Assembly (NCBI RefSeq): GCF_001194135.2
Contig: NC_068991.1
Span: forward strand, 73,073,302-73,137,301
DNA length: 64,000 bases
Reading direction: 5' to 3'
Source of the DNA: Octopus bimaculoides
Taxonomy: Eukaryota
The notes under the pieces were generated by a model. That model did not search any database. It saw only the letters and a program-made list of their open reading frames with translations, and was not told where the DNA came from. A program made the translations under genes and the position numbers. How positions within the stretch are numbered: position 1 is the first letter of the stretch; every line of letters begins with the position of its first letter. Positions 12,352 through 25,095 of the stretch are shown piece by piece.

Positions 12352-12567
12352 ATATACACACATATTTGTGCATATATATATANNNNNNNNNNNNNNNNNN
12401 NNNNNNNNNNNNNNNNNNNNNNNNNNNNNNNNNNNNNNNNNNNNNNNNNNNNNNNNNNNNNNNNNNNNNNNNNNNNNNNNNNNNNNNNNNNNNNNNNNNN
12501 NNNNNNNNNNNNNNNNNNNNNNNNNNNNNNNNNNNNNNNNNNNNNNNNNNTATATATATATATGTCT

Positions 12568-12609
<42 letters not shown>

Positions 12610-12880
12610 ATGTGTGTGTGTGCGTGTGTGTGTATATATTGGTTACTTAATTCTATGCATTGTATGAGGTCTCCCCAGCGGTTCGTTATGTATTGCGTTA
12701 TCGGAGCATGTTTGCCATTTGTGATATTCTGCGTTGGGATTGCATCGTTGATCGATATATTGATGCTCTGCTTCCTATTATATCAGCCCAAGAGAGGTAT
12801 GTACCTCCCTTTCCACAGCTAGCATTTCTCAGAGGCACCGTAAAAAGGTCATGGCTGTTGCTCTTACGGATCTAACCATG
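11650..12880 (-). mobile_element. Possible highly decayed Penelope-like RT remnants split by a microsatellite and gap
   Basis: Weak minus-strand motifs only (NGKH..RTAGET resembling GTAMGT; RPTRLFIP; HNRIITEPT). Confidence 0.3.
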
Positions 12881-14424
12881 CCATAAATTAAATATATCGT
12901 TAGAGGCTATATCTGTGCTGGTACATGCTGTTTGAAACCTCTCCATATACACATTTATACGCATGTGTGTTAGTATGCGTGCGTGTCTGTTTCTGGGTTT
13001 GATGTACGTGTGTATGTTCATGTCTGTGCTTCTTGTGTATCTATATGATTTTGTGTCTATATGTCAACGCATTTTTGGTTGAACTATACAAGCACAATTG
13101 CCATATGTATGATTGGGGGAAGTTACCAGTTACGAGGTGTTTGAGCGGAGGTTCAAAATTCGCTATTGCTGTATTATTTCTTCTCATTATTTTAATTAAT
13201 AGAATTAAGATGCGAACCTGACAAAATAGTAGCGTTTGAGGAAAATGTGCCCAATTGTATTTATCTCGGCTCTTCATGTTCTGTTTCAAAATATGGACGA
13301 GTTCAGCTTTGCTATTCATCCCCCCATAATGTATTGTACCTATCAAATACTGGAGTTAAGGATATTGACTAGCGCTCTTCTTTTTAAAACTGCTGGCGTT
13401 GTGAGGAAATCAGATATGCTTTTAATCAAGAAAAGTATATATTCCATCAACTCTTCACCTGGTTTCAAATCCGACCCAAGTCCATTTTGTCTTCCATCCT
13501 TCAGGTCTTGTTAAATAAAATACCAGTGAATTATTAGAGTCAATTTATTCGATTACTAGCCTTAGTAGCCGCCATCAGTCCTGGAGCCCTTTCTAGAAGG
13601 AGGCTTTTTTTTTTTATTTCACCCGCTTAACGATAGAACAAAACATAGCAGTGCTCATATGTTAAATGATTTTATTGTTTTTGTTGTTGTTTAGCATCAC
13701 CTCATTCGTCTGAAGCGGATGATAAATGAATTTCTCTCAGTAGGCACCCTCTGCTTGTCTCGGTTATGGCCTTAATAGATCTAGGGCTATAAAATCAACT
13801 GTGATTTTATCGTTTGTAGGACGGTTGTATTGTGATTTTGTTCGTAGTTGCGTACAAAAGAATCTTAACATAATTAGAATTATCAAATTTCTCTAAGCAT
13901 TAAAGCAACATGAGAAAACACAGGCAATTAGCAGGACTTTTGAGTCGTAAAGTCAAGTAGATGAAACATGTAGTAGCTTAGTAGAAATAAAGCAATGTTT
14001 GTTCATAGTTAATACTTTTCAAGGAATTTTGTTTATATGTTCTTTTGCACTATTAACGTGCATTTTCGTTCATGTGTTTAATTGCATTCGAAGGAATTCT
14101 TGAAGAAAATCTCAGTTCCACGGAAGTTGAAAAAAAATTACACTGTTTTATGTTGAGAATATTTATAAGAAATAGACTTATTTCAATTCTTAGGTGAAAT
14201 TAATTAAAAGAAAATGAAGTCAGCTACAACCAGGGAATTAACAAATTGATTCGGAGCTAATAACAATTATTGAATTTCCATTAAGAATTTCCCTTGTCGT
14301 TAATTTAAGTGGAAAGAGGAAGTAAGGTGAATGAGAAGATCCTAAAGCAAGTAATCGATGTGGTGTGCAGTGAGTGGCATAATAAGCAACAGTGTATAGA
14401 TTATGTGAGAGACAAGAGACGTAA

Positions 14425-14427
14425 AGG

Positions 14428-14476
<49 letters not shown>
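14425..14476. repeat. (GA)n microsatellite
   Basis: Direct reading. Confidence 0.95.
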
Positions 14477-14478
<2 letters not shown>

Positions 14479-15470
14479 TGATATGAGAGAAATGATAAAA
14501 AGGTGAAAGAAAGGGTTGGAGGAAGAGACAAAATAGGAAAATGTCTGGCTAGTGGTGTATGTATGTATGTATGTATGTATGTATGCATGAAGGCGTCTGT
14601 GTTTCATTGTGTGCATACATGAACGGAAAGAAGTAGCTAAATAAAAGGTGGAAAGATCACATATAACAAAGAGATCCGAAAGAGACAGTGGTGGTGATGG
14701 TGTGCGTATCAGAACAATGTATCATGGAGGGTGTGTTCGAAAAAGCGAAAACAAAATTTAAAGGAATGAAATCTATAAAGGATGGGAAAAATAGAGAAAA
14801 AAAAAAACACGAACAAAAAACATAAAAAAACAAAACAAAACAACAGCTGAAATTTTTAAGTAGGAAAGGAACGCAAATGCGATAAGAAAATATAATGAAA
14901 AGAAAGGAAAGAACCGGAGAAATCGAATACATTAAGGAATGGAATTAAAAGACAAAAAAATTAACAGGAAACCGTTTTTGTAAGAAGCTTTTATACAATT
15001 AATTAAGTGATTAATGCGTGCAGCGTTAGATAATTTAATAATTATTTATTACATGAAAAGGTTTTAGCTGCAACAATGTCATGCACAAATTATAGTATAT
15101 ATTTTCGATATCTAATCCTGTCGTGCTATGCTTTTCCAAAAGATTTTGGTAAAATGAAAGTACCAAGAAGAATTTTGGATCTCATTAGAAGTAATTTTCC
15201 TTGACAATGATGAAAGAAAAAAAAAATTATAATTACAAAATGACAGCATATTTCATAAATCTTTTCTCACAAAAGAAGGAAAAGGTTTTAAAAAAAATAT
15301 TCCAAAAGTTCTTCCTATTTTGTGCACTATAAATGTACTTTTGCCATGAAATCTACGAGTGGTGAGAAACATCTTTAAAAGAAATCTTTAAATCTAGCTA
15401 TCAATTTAATTTAAGGTGTGTGGCCGATGGAGAAGAAGTCTTAAATTATTCAACAGCACGTTTCTATTAC

Positions 15471-15506
<36 letters not shown>

Positions 15507-15700
15507 ATATAAAGGAAATAACTCTGACCGAACATNNNNNNNNNNNNNNNNNNNNNNNNNNNNNNNNNNNNNNNNNNNNNNNNNNNNNNNNNNNNNNNNN
15601 NNNNNNNNNNNNNNNNNNNNNNNNNNNNNNNNNNNNNNNNNNNNNNNNNNNNNNNNNNNNNNNNNNNNNNNNNNNNNNNNNNNNNNNNNNNNNNNNNNNN

Positions 15701-15738
<38 letters not shown>

Positions 15739-16164
15739 AGTTGAGATGTGTTCTGTTAAGAACGTATAAGAGTACAAATAGAGCTCGTTCACAAATAGAC
15801 CTCAGAACGTAAAGACAGACGAAATACAGCTAAGCATTTCGCCCGTGTAGCTATTCGATATATTATCATAGCTTATCATTTTATATCCTATACTATTTAA
15901 TATTCATGTTTTTCTCATATTTTGTGTGAGCTTTTATCAGAACAAGAAAGTGGAAAGAAGGATTTTTTGTAATTCATTTGCTGCACATACGAGAAAATCT
16001 TAATTTAGGAGACTCTGTCTATTGTTAAGATCTTTCATTCTTCGCCTATGAATAGTATGATTTTTTACAAGATAATTTCCCTTTATCAATATTATCTTCA
16101 TTACAACCTTCACATTCAATAGCATAAAAGAACATGTTTTTATGAACAAGGGATTATTTTACAG

Positions 16165-16320
16165 CAGTGGTTCCCAAAGTGGGCAGTATTGCCCTCTGGT
16201 AGAGGTGGAATGTTCCAAGGGGGCGTTGAAGAAAAGTGGGGATATGACGGGGTAGCGATTCATGTAGACATTGGGGCGATAATTGAGTGGTAATTCATGT
16301 AAAACAGCAACATAATGGGT
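16165..16320 (+). mobile_element. hAT/Charlie-type MITE, left end only
   Basis: Begins cagtggttcccaaagtggg, a typical Charlie-like terminus resembling that at 45689. No right TIR found; right boundary approximate. Confidence 0.55.
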
Positions 16321-16775
16321 TCATTAGGTGAAGTTTTATTTGTGAAATACTGTCAGACATTTTCGTTATTGAAGGTGTATTTTTGGTGGTAAATTTGGCA
16401 TTGGTAAGTAATCTACGTTAGGGACATTTATTTCTTTGCTTTTGGTAATTTCCTGTCTCTCGAGTGTTTCTTTTCTTGATTGACTATTGCTTTGGCAAAC
16501 TCCATCCCCTTATAAGTTAACGTTGCTAGATATTGCCTATTAAGTAGAGTTCGTGTTAATTATTGGGGTCTTTTATTCCGAAATGTAAGATGCAAAGCCC
16601 TCGAGTATATTTTTCGTGCTAGTTTAAGTGGAATTTTGTTGTAATATGATTTTGATTGCAAGAAATATATAATAAATATTGTTTAGAATCTAAACTTTAG
16701 AATGTTTCATTTTATAGTGATTGTCTGCTTGCATGTATGGGCCTTCATCGATTTTTTACAATATTCAGGAATGGT

Positions 16776-17009
16776 CAGGGCACCGAGCTGGCGGAATCGT
16801 TAGCACGCCGGGTGAAATGCTTAGCGGTAATTCGTCTGCCGTTGCGTTCTGAGTTCAAATTCCACCGAGGTCGACTCTGCCCTTCATTCTTTCGAGGTCG
16901 ATTAAATAAGAACCAGTTATGCACTTGGCTTGATGTCATAGACTTAATCCCTTTGTCTATCCTTATTTGTCCCCTCTATGTTTAGCCCCTTGTGAGCAAT
17001 AAAGAAATA
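16776..17009 (+). mobile_element. SINE family A (tail A1) inserted in the Penelope RT with a 16-bp TSD
   Basis: Flanked by aatattcaggaatggt (16760-16775) and aatattcgggaatggt (17010-17025). Confidence 0.92.
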
Positions 17010-17615
17010 AATATTCGGGAATGGTAACTGACTGTCACTATACTCCATTACGAAACGCATATTTTTGTTGATCTTATGGCTTTGTAATCCTTAATCTGCT
17101 CAAGATCGAACGAAGTCATCTTACTAATATTTCCGATATTTTGCTAGGTATTTATGTATGCTAACGCCGTATCGTAGTGAAGAGCGCTACTACATCTACA
17201 CTTCTTGGCGTATGTAGTGGTAATAGCCGTTGCGATTGTTGACCAAGATTTCTGTTAGTAAATGTTACCACTGAATTTGGAAACATTACCTTGTAGGATG
17301 AATTTTATTCCTTCAGTACTTAGTCTCTTTTCTATTCCGCCTGGGATATCATTGGAGAATATTTAAAGTCAGAATTCGACAGCTTGAGATCCATAAACAA
17401 GTGGTATGGTAGTATAGCCTATTATTACATCAAATAGGGCAACAATAGTGTTTACGTTAATTTTTTTTCTTTGTGAGGTAGCTTAACAGGCACAAGATAC
17501 ACCTTATAAACTTGCTATAGGCTTCGGAATAGGTTTCGGCAGTATTTGTACAAACTCGATGTCTCTTATTTATACAAGTTGGGTCAGCGAGAATCCGTCT
17601 TAATTTAAGATCGTT

Positions 17616-17753
17616 GCGAAGGGGTATGTTTATATTAGCCACGGCGAAGGGGTATGTTTATATTAGCCACGGCGAAGGGGTATGTTTATATTAGCCCGGC
17701 GAAGGGGTATGTTTATATTAGCCCGGCGAAGGGGTATGTTTATATTAGCCACG
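17616..17753. repeat. Minisatellite, 5 units of 28/28/27/27/28 bp (gcgaaggggtatgtttatattagcc[a]cg)
   Basis: Direct reading; no spacers between units. Confidence 0.97.
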
Positions 17754-18390
17754 TTTGATTCTTTACAGATATCGTATATTGTCTTGCATGTACAGATTTG
17801 GAGAAGTCCGTACAGATTGCTATGGTCTTGCATTAAAAATTCCTTGTCTTGCTGGATTCTTTGTTACTTTAACCTTTTCACTGTACACGAATGAAGGTGC
17901 TATATTATTTCATAGCATTTGATTGCTAGCAATTGCTTACATTTTCATAATAGATGAGGGCTTGATGTAGGAATAAGATGCCGTTTTGTGTAATATTTAA
18001 CTTCAACTTCCATATTTCCTATAGCATTGCACTTATCCGTTTCTTTCATGATGGAGTTATTATTGTTTTTGAGTTCATGAATAAATACCTACTTGGATTA
18101 GGCAATAGGAATTAATGAACTATATTGTTCACGAAAGGAGGCATCGTCATGAGACAAATACAACAGATCTCTCATGCTTACTTAAGGCATTAATCAAATT
18201 ATTCAAATGTCAATCTCCGGTTCTCGCCTGGACACGTTCAATGGACACTGGAAATAAGAAGAATGAATAACAACGGTTATGTTTGGAATATAGTCGACGC
18301 TTTGAAATATTCCAGTTATTTTGGGACCTGCATTCTATTGAAGCTGTTTCTGATCATGATTTTGTTTCCTTCTATAACTAAGGAGAAATT

Positions 18391-18554
18391 GTAGGCATGG
18401 CTGTATGTTTAAGAAGCGCACCTTGCGACCAGGCGGTTTTAGGTTCAGTCCTACTATGTGGCACTTTGAGCAAATGGTATTGATATAGTCCCTGACCAAG
18501 CAATGTTCTGTGCATGAATTTGGAATACGGAAACTGTCATGATGCCCATCATGC

Positions 18555-18585
<31 letters not shown>

Positions 18586-18875
18586 CATACACACAAACAC
18601 ACACTAATATATATGTATGTGTGTATATGTGTGTGTGTGTGTGTGTGAGTGTATCTTTCTGTTGTTGTTTTTTTATCTCCCACGTCCATGATTTGACAAT
18701 CGGTATTGGTTTGTTCTCATCCTCGCAACTTGGTGGGTTGACCAAAAGTGTGCGATAGGAGGATAAGCACCAGACTTAAAATAAGTAAGTGCTGTGGTCG
18801 ATTTGTTCGACTAACCCTTTCAAAGCAGTGCCACAGCATGCTCACAGTCCAATGGCTTAGGCAAATAAAATGTAA
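18391..18875 (+). mobile_element. SINE family B, full length, diverged
   Basis: Head, internal (TA)/(TG) tract and 3' half all recognisable. Confidence 0.8.
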
Positions 18876-19607
18876 AAGTTAAAAATCCTCGGCGTCCATA
18901 TTTGATAATTGGTTTTCGAGGATTACCATTGATGAAGATTGACCACGCATCGAAACGTGTGTATACTGGTATGGCGATGATTTGTTTCTAGGAAGATTGC
19001 TACTCATTCAGGGAAGTTCCCTCCCTTTATGCCACCCGTATTTATGTACGGCGGAGGCCGCTGAATTGTACCGGTATATTTTGATATCAATGTCATTGCA
19101 GACGTTACTGTCAGAAACACAAAGAACGAAAATATATACCGCAAGCAACTTGCCAGACCCTCGAACAGTTCCCGAAACCCCATGCTGAATTGCTACCTTT
19201 TTCCCATCATCCCGAAAGGACGAAAATCCGAGTTGCTCTCAGCGGCATTTGAACTCAGGATGTTGGAAAAATCATACTAAATGGTACTTCCAACGCTGAA
19301 ATGTCTCTTTCAGGTCATCTCTTTGGGAAGGTTGAAATTTGAAGTAAAAAACGTGTCTAAGAAATAATTGAATCACTAGAGTTAAACGATTTGGCTTGCC
19401 AATGTTAAAAAATCGGATTATTGTACAAATTAGATTAATGATATTAATTACTGTTCTTCTTTCCGTGTTTTAACTACATCTATCTATAATTGTAAGGAAA
19501 ATGTGCAGAGCTTAGGAAAATGTCGCCAGACATTAACTTCACAGTGTTTTATTACAAACAACAGCTTGCTTAATGAATGAACTAATTCAGTTGATGAATA
19601 CGGGTAG

Positions 19608-19681
19608 TTATGATGGGTATATTGGGCTTCGTATATTTGTACCCCAGTGTCAATTCGTTGGCATGCGCTGCTCTCTCACTC

Positions 19682-19770
<89 letters not shown>
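19608..19770 (+). mobile_element. SINE/LINE 3' end with long (AAT)n tail
   Basis: ...gtaccccagtgtcaattcgttggcatgcgctgctctctcactc followed by about 25 AAT units. Confidence 0.6.
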
Positions 19771-19771
<1 letters not shown>

Positions 19772-19944
19772 TTATGAATTTATTTATTTATTAATTTTTT
19801 TTTTAAATACATATTTTACCTGTTAATTTGCGTGTGTAAACTGGGAATGCATACAATGAGCTTCTCTGCCCTAGGTGTACGGAAAACACTCGGCGAGAAA
19901 TGGAAGAAAATTTGAAGAAAGAAGAAAACCAACAACATAATATT

Positions 19945-19978
19945 AATAGTAATAATAATTAAAATAGTTATAATAATA

Positions 19979-20033
<55 letters not shown>

Positions 20034-20050
20034 TGATGATGATGATAATA
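19945..20050. repeat. Imperfect (AAT)n/(GAT)n microsatellite
   Basis: Direct reading. Confidence 0.9.
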
Positions 20051-20064
20051 AATAAGTAAATAAC

Positions 20065-20284
20065 AAGCGTAGAAGTGGCTGTGTGGTAAGTATCTTGCTT
20101 ACCAACCATATGGTTCCGGGTTCAGTCCCACTGCGTGGCACCTTGGGCAGGTGTCTTCTACTATAGCTTCGGGCCGACCAAAGCCTTGTGAGTGGATTTG
20201 GTAGACGGAAACTGAAAGAAGCCCGTCGTATATATGTATATGTATATATATGTGTGTGTTTGTGTGTCTGTGTTTGTCCCCCCA
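20065..20284 (+). mobile_element. SINE family B, 5' half plus internal microsatellite
   Basis: Close match to 10910-11095; ends at gtttgtccccc. Confidence 0.9.
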
Positions 20285-20896
20285 AATTGATAAATTACGC
20301 ATACACGCGAATGTTTACACAATCATATATACATTTTAATACCCATAGAACTACGCATACATCCCAATGTTTACACAACTACGTTAAATTTAGAGGACAC
20401 ATACACGCATATCAAAACACATGTCACAAACGAAGCAAAAAAAAATATAAAAAAAACTTCGAACTGTCACAAACAGAACAATTCGTAAGTTTAAAAATAC
20501 CACAAAAGACAATGCCCGGAGAAAAATCCATCAACAAAATAATACAGACGAATTCAGATCTGTTAGCCTCAAGAAGCTACGTTACGAGCAATGTTCTCAT
20601 GCAGAGAACTCAGAGGCGGTGTTGTCTAAAAAAAAATAACCCTAAACAGACAGATCCGCCACCCAATTTCAACGTCCAAGCTCGTCATGCCTCGATAACA
20701 AAGCAAAATACAAACCGGATCGGCCGTCACCCGTAGAAACAAAGGTCGCTTGCCCCAGTGAGGAACCAGGCTAGATACCAAAAATAAAATAAATTTGGGC
20801 AGAAGAAGAAACACACAATAAAATGTTCTCTTGATCGAATATCTACTGACTTAGACTCCTTAGAAGAGCAAAGATTTAGGAAATGAGGGGAAAGAA

Positions 20897-21046
20897 GTGT
20901 CGTAAATATCTTGCTTACGAACCACATGGTTCTAGGTTCAGTCCCACTGCGTGGTACCTTCGGCAAGAGTCTTCTACTATAGCGTACCAACCAAAGCCTT
21001 GTGAGTAGTTTTAGTAGAAGGAAACTGAAAGAAGCCCGTCGGATAT
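20897..21046 (+). mobile_element. SINE family B, 5' half running into an assembly gap
   Basis: Ends at gaaagaagcccgtcggatat, exactly where the internal microsatellite starts. Confidence 0.88.
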
Positions 21047-21889
21047 NNNNNNNNNNNNNNNNNNNNNNNNNNNNNNNNNNNNNNNNNNNNNNNNNNNNNN
21101 NNNNNNNNNNNNNNNNNNNNNNNNNNNNNNNNNNNNNNNNNNNNNNNNNNNNNNNNNNNNNNNNNNNNNNNNNNNNNNNNNNNNNNNNNNNNNNNNNNNN
21201 NNNNNNNNNNNNNNNNNNNNNNNNNNNNNNNNNNNNNNNNNNNNNNNNNNNNNNNNNNNNNNNNNNNNNNNNNNNNNNNNNNNNNNNNNNNNNNNNNNNN
21301 NNNNNNNNNNNNNNNNNNNNNNNNNNNNNNNNNNNNNNNNNNNNNNNNNNNNNNNNNNNNNNNNNNNNNNNNNNNNNNNNNNNNNNNNNNNNNNNNNNNN
21401 NNNNNNNNNNNNNNNNNNNNNNNNNNNNNNNNNNNNNNNNNNNNNNNNNNNNNNNNNNNNNNNNNNNNNNNNNNNNNNNNNNNNNNNNNNNNNNNNNNNN
21501 NNNNNNNNNNNNNNNNNNNNNNNNNNNNNNNNNNNNNNNNNNNNNNNNNNNNNNNNNNNNNNNNNNNNNNNNNNNNNNNNNNNNNNNNNNNNNNNNNNNN
21601 NNNNNNNNNNNNNNNNNNNNNNNNNNNNNNNNNNNNNNNNNNNNNNNNNNNNNNNNNNNNNNNNNNNNNNNNNNNNNNNNNNNNNNNNNNNNNNNNNNNN
21701 NNNNNNNNNNNNNNNNNNNNNNNNNNNNNNNNNNNNNNNNNNNNNNNNNNNNNNNNNNNNNNNNNNNNNNNNNNNNNNNNNNNNNNNNNNNNNNNNNNNN
21801 NNNNNNNNNNNNNNNNNNNNNNNNNNNNNNNNNNNNNNNNNNNNNNNNNNNNNNNNNNNNNNNNNNNNNNNNNNNNNNNNNNNNNNNNN
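21047..21889. other. Largest assembly gap (N-run); one of 21 gaps in the window
   Basis: Direct reading. Other large gaps include 62771-63272, 60259-60711, 51773-52170 and 24708-25060. Confidence 0.99.
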
Positions 21890-21929
<40 letters not shown>

Positions 21930-22159
21930 CACACACACACACAAAATTAATATAAACTGTAGTTCCTAACAATGACGCGTCATTTTCCGTTATTTCCGCT
22001 GTCTGATCAGTTATGCTGCCTCGTCGAGTTCGGCTCCATCCGGACTCGCTTCGCCATTAGTATTTATGTTTTCGTCAGCCAAATAATTGGATTATTAAGC
22101 GATTCGCTAATGTGCATATATGAAATTAATATAAACAGCAATTTGCAAAGATTCACGTA

Positions 22160-23001
22160 TAAATACATGTGTATATATATATATATATATACATATGTAT
22201 GTATGTACGTATGCATGTATATATGTACATATTTGCATGTTTGTGTGTCTTTTTATCCGTGTTTGCGCCCCCCGCGCCACTGCTTGACAACCTGTGCTGG
22301 TGGGTTTACGTTCCTGTAACTTACCTTTTCAGTAAAATAGACCGATAGAGTAAACACGAGGCTTTAAAATTTTAGCAGTTATCTTTTACCAGCGTCCACT
22401 CCACACTGCATTATCTGCACACCCACACACCATCATTCACACACCCACGCACCATCATTCACACACCCACACACAATATTCAATAGCGTCACCACACATA
22501 TGAGCAGTCACTCGTTGCAGACGCACACACTTACACGCCCACACATGTCACATTCTCTAGCCCCTATCTCCAGCGCACTTAGACATTCTCACGTACACAT
22601 ACGCACGCGGTCTTTCGTTTAGGGATCACCAACATGTTATTATCTCCCCTTTTATCATCCTTTTCTTTCAATTTGTTTACTTTTTTCTAATCAGTCGCGA
22701 TGCTTGACCGCTAAATCCACAAGTTTTTTTCTATTTTCTCTCTGTTTATTTTCTCTTATTCCTTTCTGTTGAAGACCGTAGCCTTGAAACGTAAAAGACT
22801 TTTACAATTTCCCGAGCGTCAAACTAATACACCTACTTGTTGTTTATACACGTGTCTTCGTCTTTTGTTTTTCTATAAATTTCAACTTCAAAAATATATA
22901 TAAGTACTGGGGTCGATACATTCGACAAAAATTTCAAGGCGGTGCCCCAGCATGGCCGTAGTCAAAGAACTGAAAAAAGGGAAAGATAAAAGATAAAAGA
23001 T
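22160..23001 (+). mobile_element. SINE family B 3' half, split by an insertion at about 22370-22889
   Basis: ...gaccgatagagtaaacacgaggctttaaaa | insert | aaaaatatatataagtactggggtcgat...ggcggtgccccagcatggcc continues the same 3' half. Confidence 0.8.
22762..22797 (+). ncRNA. Minimal hammerhead-like motif, degenerate
   Basis: cttt-CTGTTGA-a-gacc gtag cctt-GAAA-cgt-a-aaag; 4-bp stem I, ACGT palindrome at stem III, GUA triplet; core A6 and stem II are mutated. Confidence 0.45.
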
Positions 23002-23012
23002 ATGTGTGTGCG

Positions 23013-23058
<46 letters not shown>

Positions 23059-23327
23059 TGTGTGTCTGTGTATATGTGGTTTATTGACGATTTTTACTTC
23101 CATCTTCCTTTTCTCTTGGACTTTGCTCTCTCTCCTGTTTCTGAAGAAGTGCTTTGCTCGAGACATAAAACATCCTTTCTTCCCTTCTCTGAGCGTCATT
23201 TAATACTTTGCATGCATTACGTCCTCGCGTTGTTGTTTTTCTTTTCTGTTGTGTTATTTTCTTCGTTTTCGGGGGATTAACTACACACACACACACACAC
23301 ACGCACACACACGCACACACACACACA

Positions 23328-23358
<31 letters not shown>

Positions 23359-23359
23359 G

Positions 23360-23414
<55 letters not shown>

Positions 23415-24533
23415 CATTAATCATGTTCTCTCAACTGGCGAACAAGTGGTCGGGGTTCCAGTCTAGACGCATTTGCAGACGCCCGTCACCACTGCACTCT
23501 GTTCACTGGGCCGCGGTTTTGTAATCTGTCAAGTTTCTTTCTCTGCCTCACTTTCACCTGCTCTCAACTGTGCCCTGGTGTATGGTTTTATACAAGGAAT
23601 CGTGGCGATATACATGAGGAATGGTTCCTGTTTGCCAGTGTGTTCTTTGACTCGCTGCCTGACATAGCTGTTCGTTTTGCTGCCTGCACTCTGTGTTGTG
23701 TTTTGTGTTATGGTAGAGAATATACTTTGGTGTCCGGCAGCAGCATCCTTAGGGATAGACGGCATACTGTTTCTCCCTTCAATCTCACTTTTGGCTCCGA
23801 TAATTTTCTCAGCTACAGCCGAGTAACTGGTTCTACTGGCAGGCTAAACTCTGCGAGAGGCTGAAAGTTCGAAGATGAGATGAGCACTGTCATGCATATC
23901 TAAAGCCCACCGAAATGCCATAACAGACGCACAATCAATATATACATACGCACATATATATATACGTCCATATGTGTGTGCCTATATGACGGCGTGTGTG
24001 CGCATGCAATTTTAGAAGAGAAATCATTGAAAAACAGTCGCATTTCTCGCATTCATTATCAATGTTATGTTGATAAATTTCACCACAGTTTTGCTCCCCT
24101 TCCTTGTCCCCACCACCTCTTCTCACCCGTCTCTTCTTTACAGTCATCACCATCATCAACGTAATCTTTATACTCATTAATTTCTCTTTATTTATTGCCG
24201 TCCTCATGATAGACTGTCATCATTTCAGCATTATTAATATCACTTGCTATTCGGAAAAATCATAAAAAATAGACCATACAAATAATTTGTTTTATATTTA
24301 TGACGTTCATATTCTGTTTCTGTACAAACTTTTAATATATTCTGGTTTGCAAGATGGATGACATTTATGGCGCCTGGAAAATCTTATTGCTGAGTCATAA
24401 GTTCGTCAAACTGAAATGGTTCACTATTTAATATTTATAAATACATTACGAATATACATAATAACCACTACTTCACCCAGCATATGCAGATATCTGTTTG
24501 TGTAGATAAGTGTGCATGAACTAGTATATGTAT

Positions 24534-24596
<63 letters not shown>

Positions 24597-25060
24597 TATA
24601 TATGTTTTTACACACACACAAATATACACACACATATATATATATATATGTACATACACACAGACGCACACATATACACATAGGTATTATATACGTACTA
24701 TATAAAANNNNNNNNNNNNNNNNNNNNNNNNNNNNNNNNNNNNNNNNNNNNNNNNNNNNNNNNNNNNNNNNNNNNNNNNNNNNNNNNNNNNNNNNNNNNN
24801 NNNNNNNNNNNNNNNNNNNNNNNNNNNNNNNNNNNNNNNNNNNNNNNNNNNNNNNNNNNNNNNNNNNNNNNNNNNNNNNNNNNNNNNNNNNNNNNNNNNN
24901 NNNNNNNNNNNNNNNNNNNNNNNNNNNNNNNNNNNNNNNNNNNNNNNNNNNNNNNNNNNNNNNNNNNNNNNNNNNNNNNNNNNNNNNNNNNNNNNNNNNN
25001 NNNNNNNNNNNNNNNNNNNNNNNNNNNNNNNNNNNNNNNNNNNNNNNNNNNNNNNNNNNN

Positions 25061-25095
<35 letters not shown>

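Larger units (their letters stand above)
15870..18330 (-). mobile_element. Penelope-like element, near-complete ORF remnant (RT plus GIY-YIG), with nested insertions
   Basis: Colinear minus-strand motifs: LKNNNNSIMKETDK, NLYGLLQI..CKT, DLKLRRILADP, LFDVIIGYTTIP, EGIKFILQGN, KY**DDF (YxDD), MEYSDSQLPF, DSKQYLL, IPLKLARKI, FYAIECEGCNED and TIHRRRMKD..ILLFP. Many stops. Confidence 0.88.

Noticed and set aside
13585-13615. Hairpin followed by a T-run resembling a rho-independent terminator
   Set aside because: Eukaryotic context, imperfect stem, and T-runs are ubiquitous here.
17616-17753. CRISPR-like repeat of about 28 bp
   Set aside because: Units are contiguous with no spacers and derive from Penelope coding sequence; no cas genes.
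20188-20736. 182-aa ORF
   Set aside because: It starts in SINE and microsatellite text, is compositionally biased, and has no recognisable domain or splice context.
23430-23900. GC-richer segment with faint LINE-like words on the minus strand
   Set aside because: I could not build a colinear motif series, so it is left unassigned.
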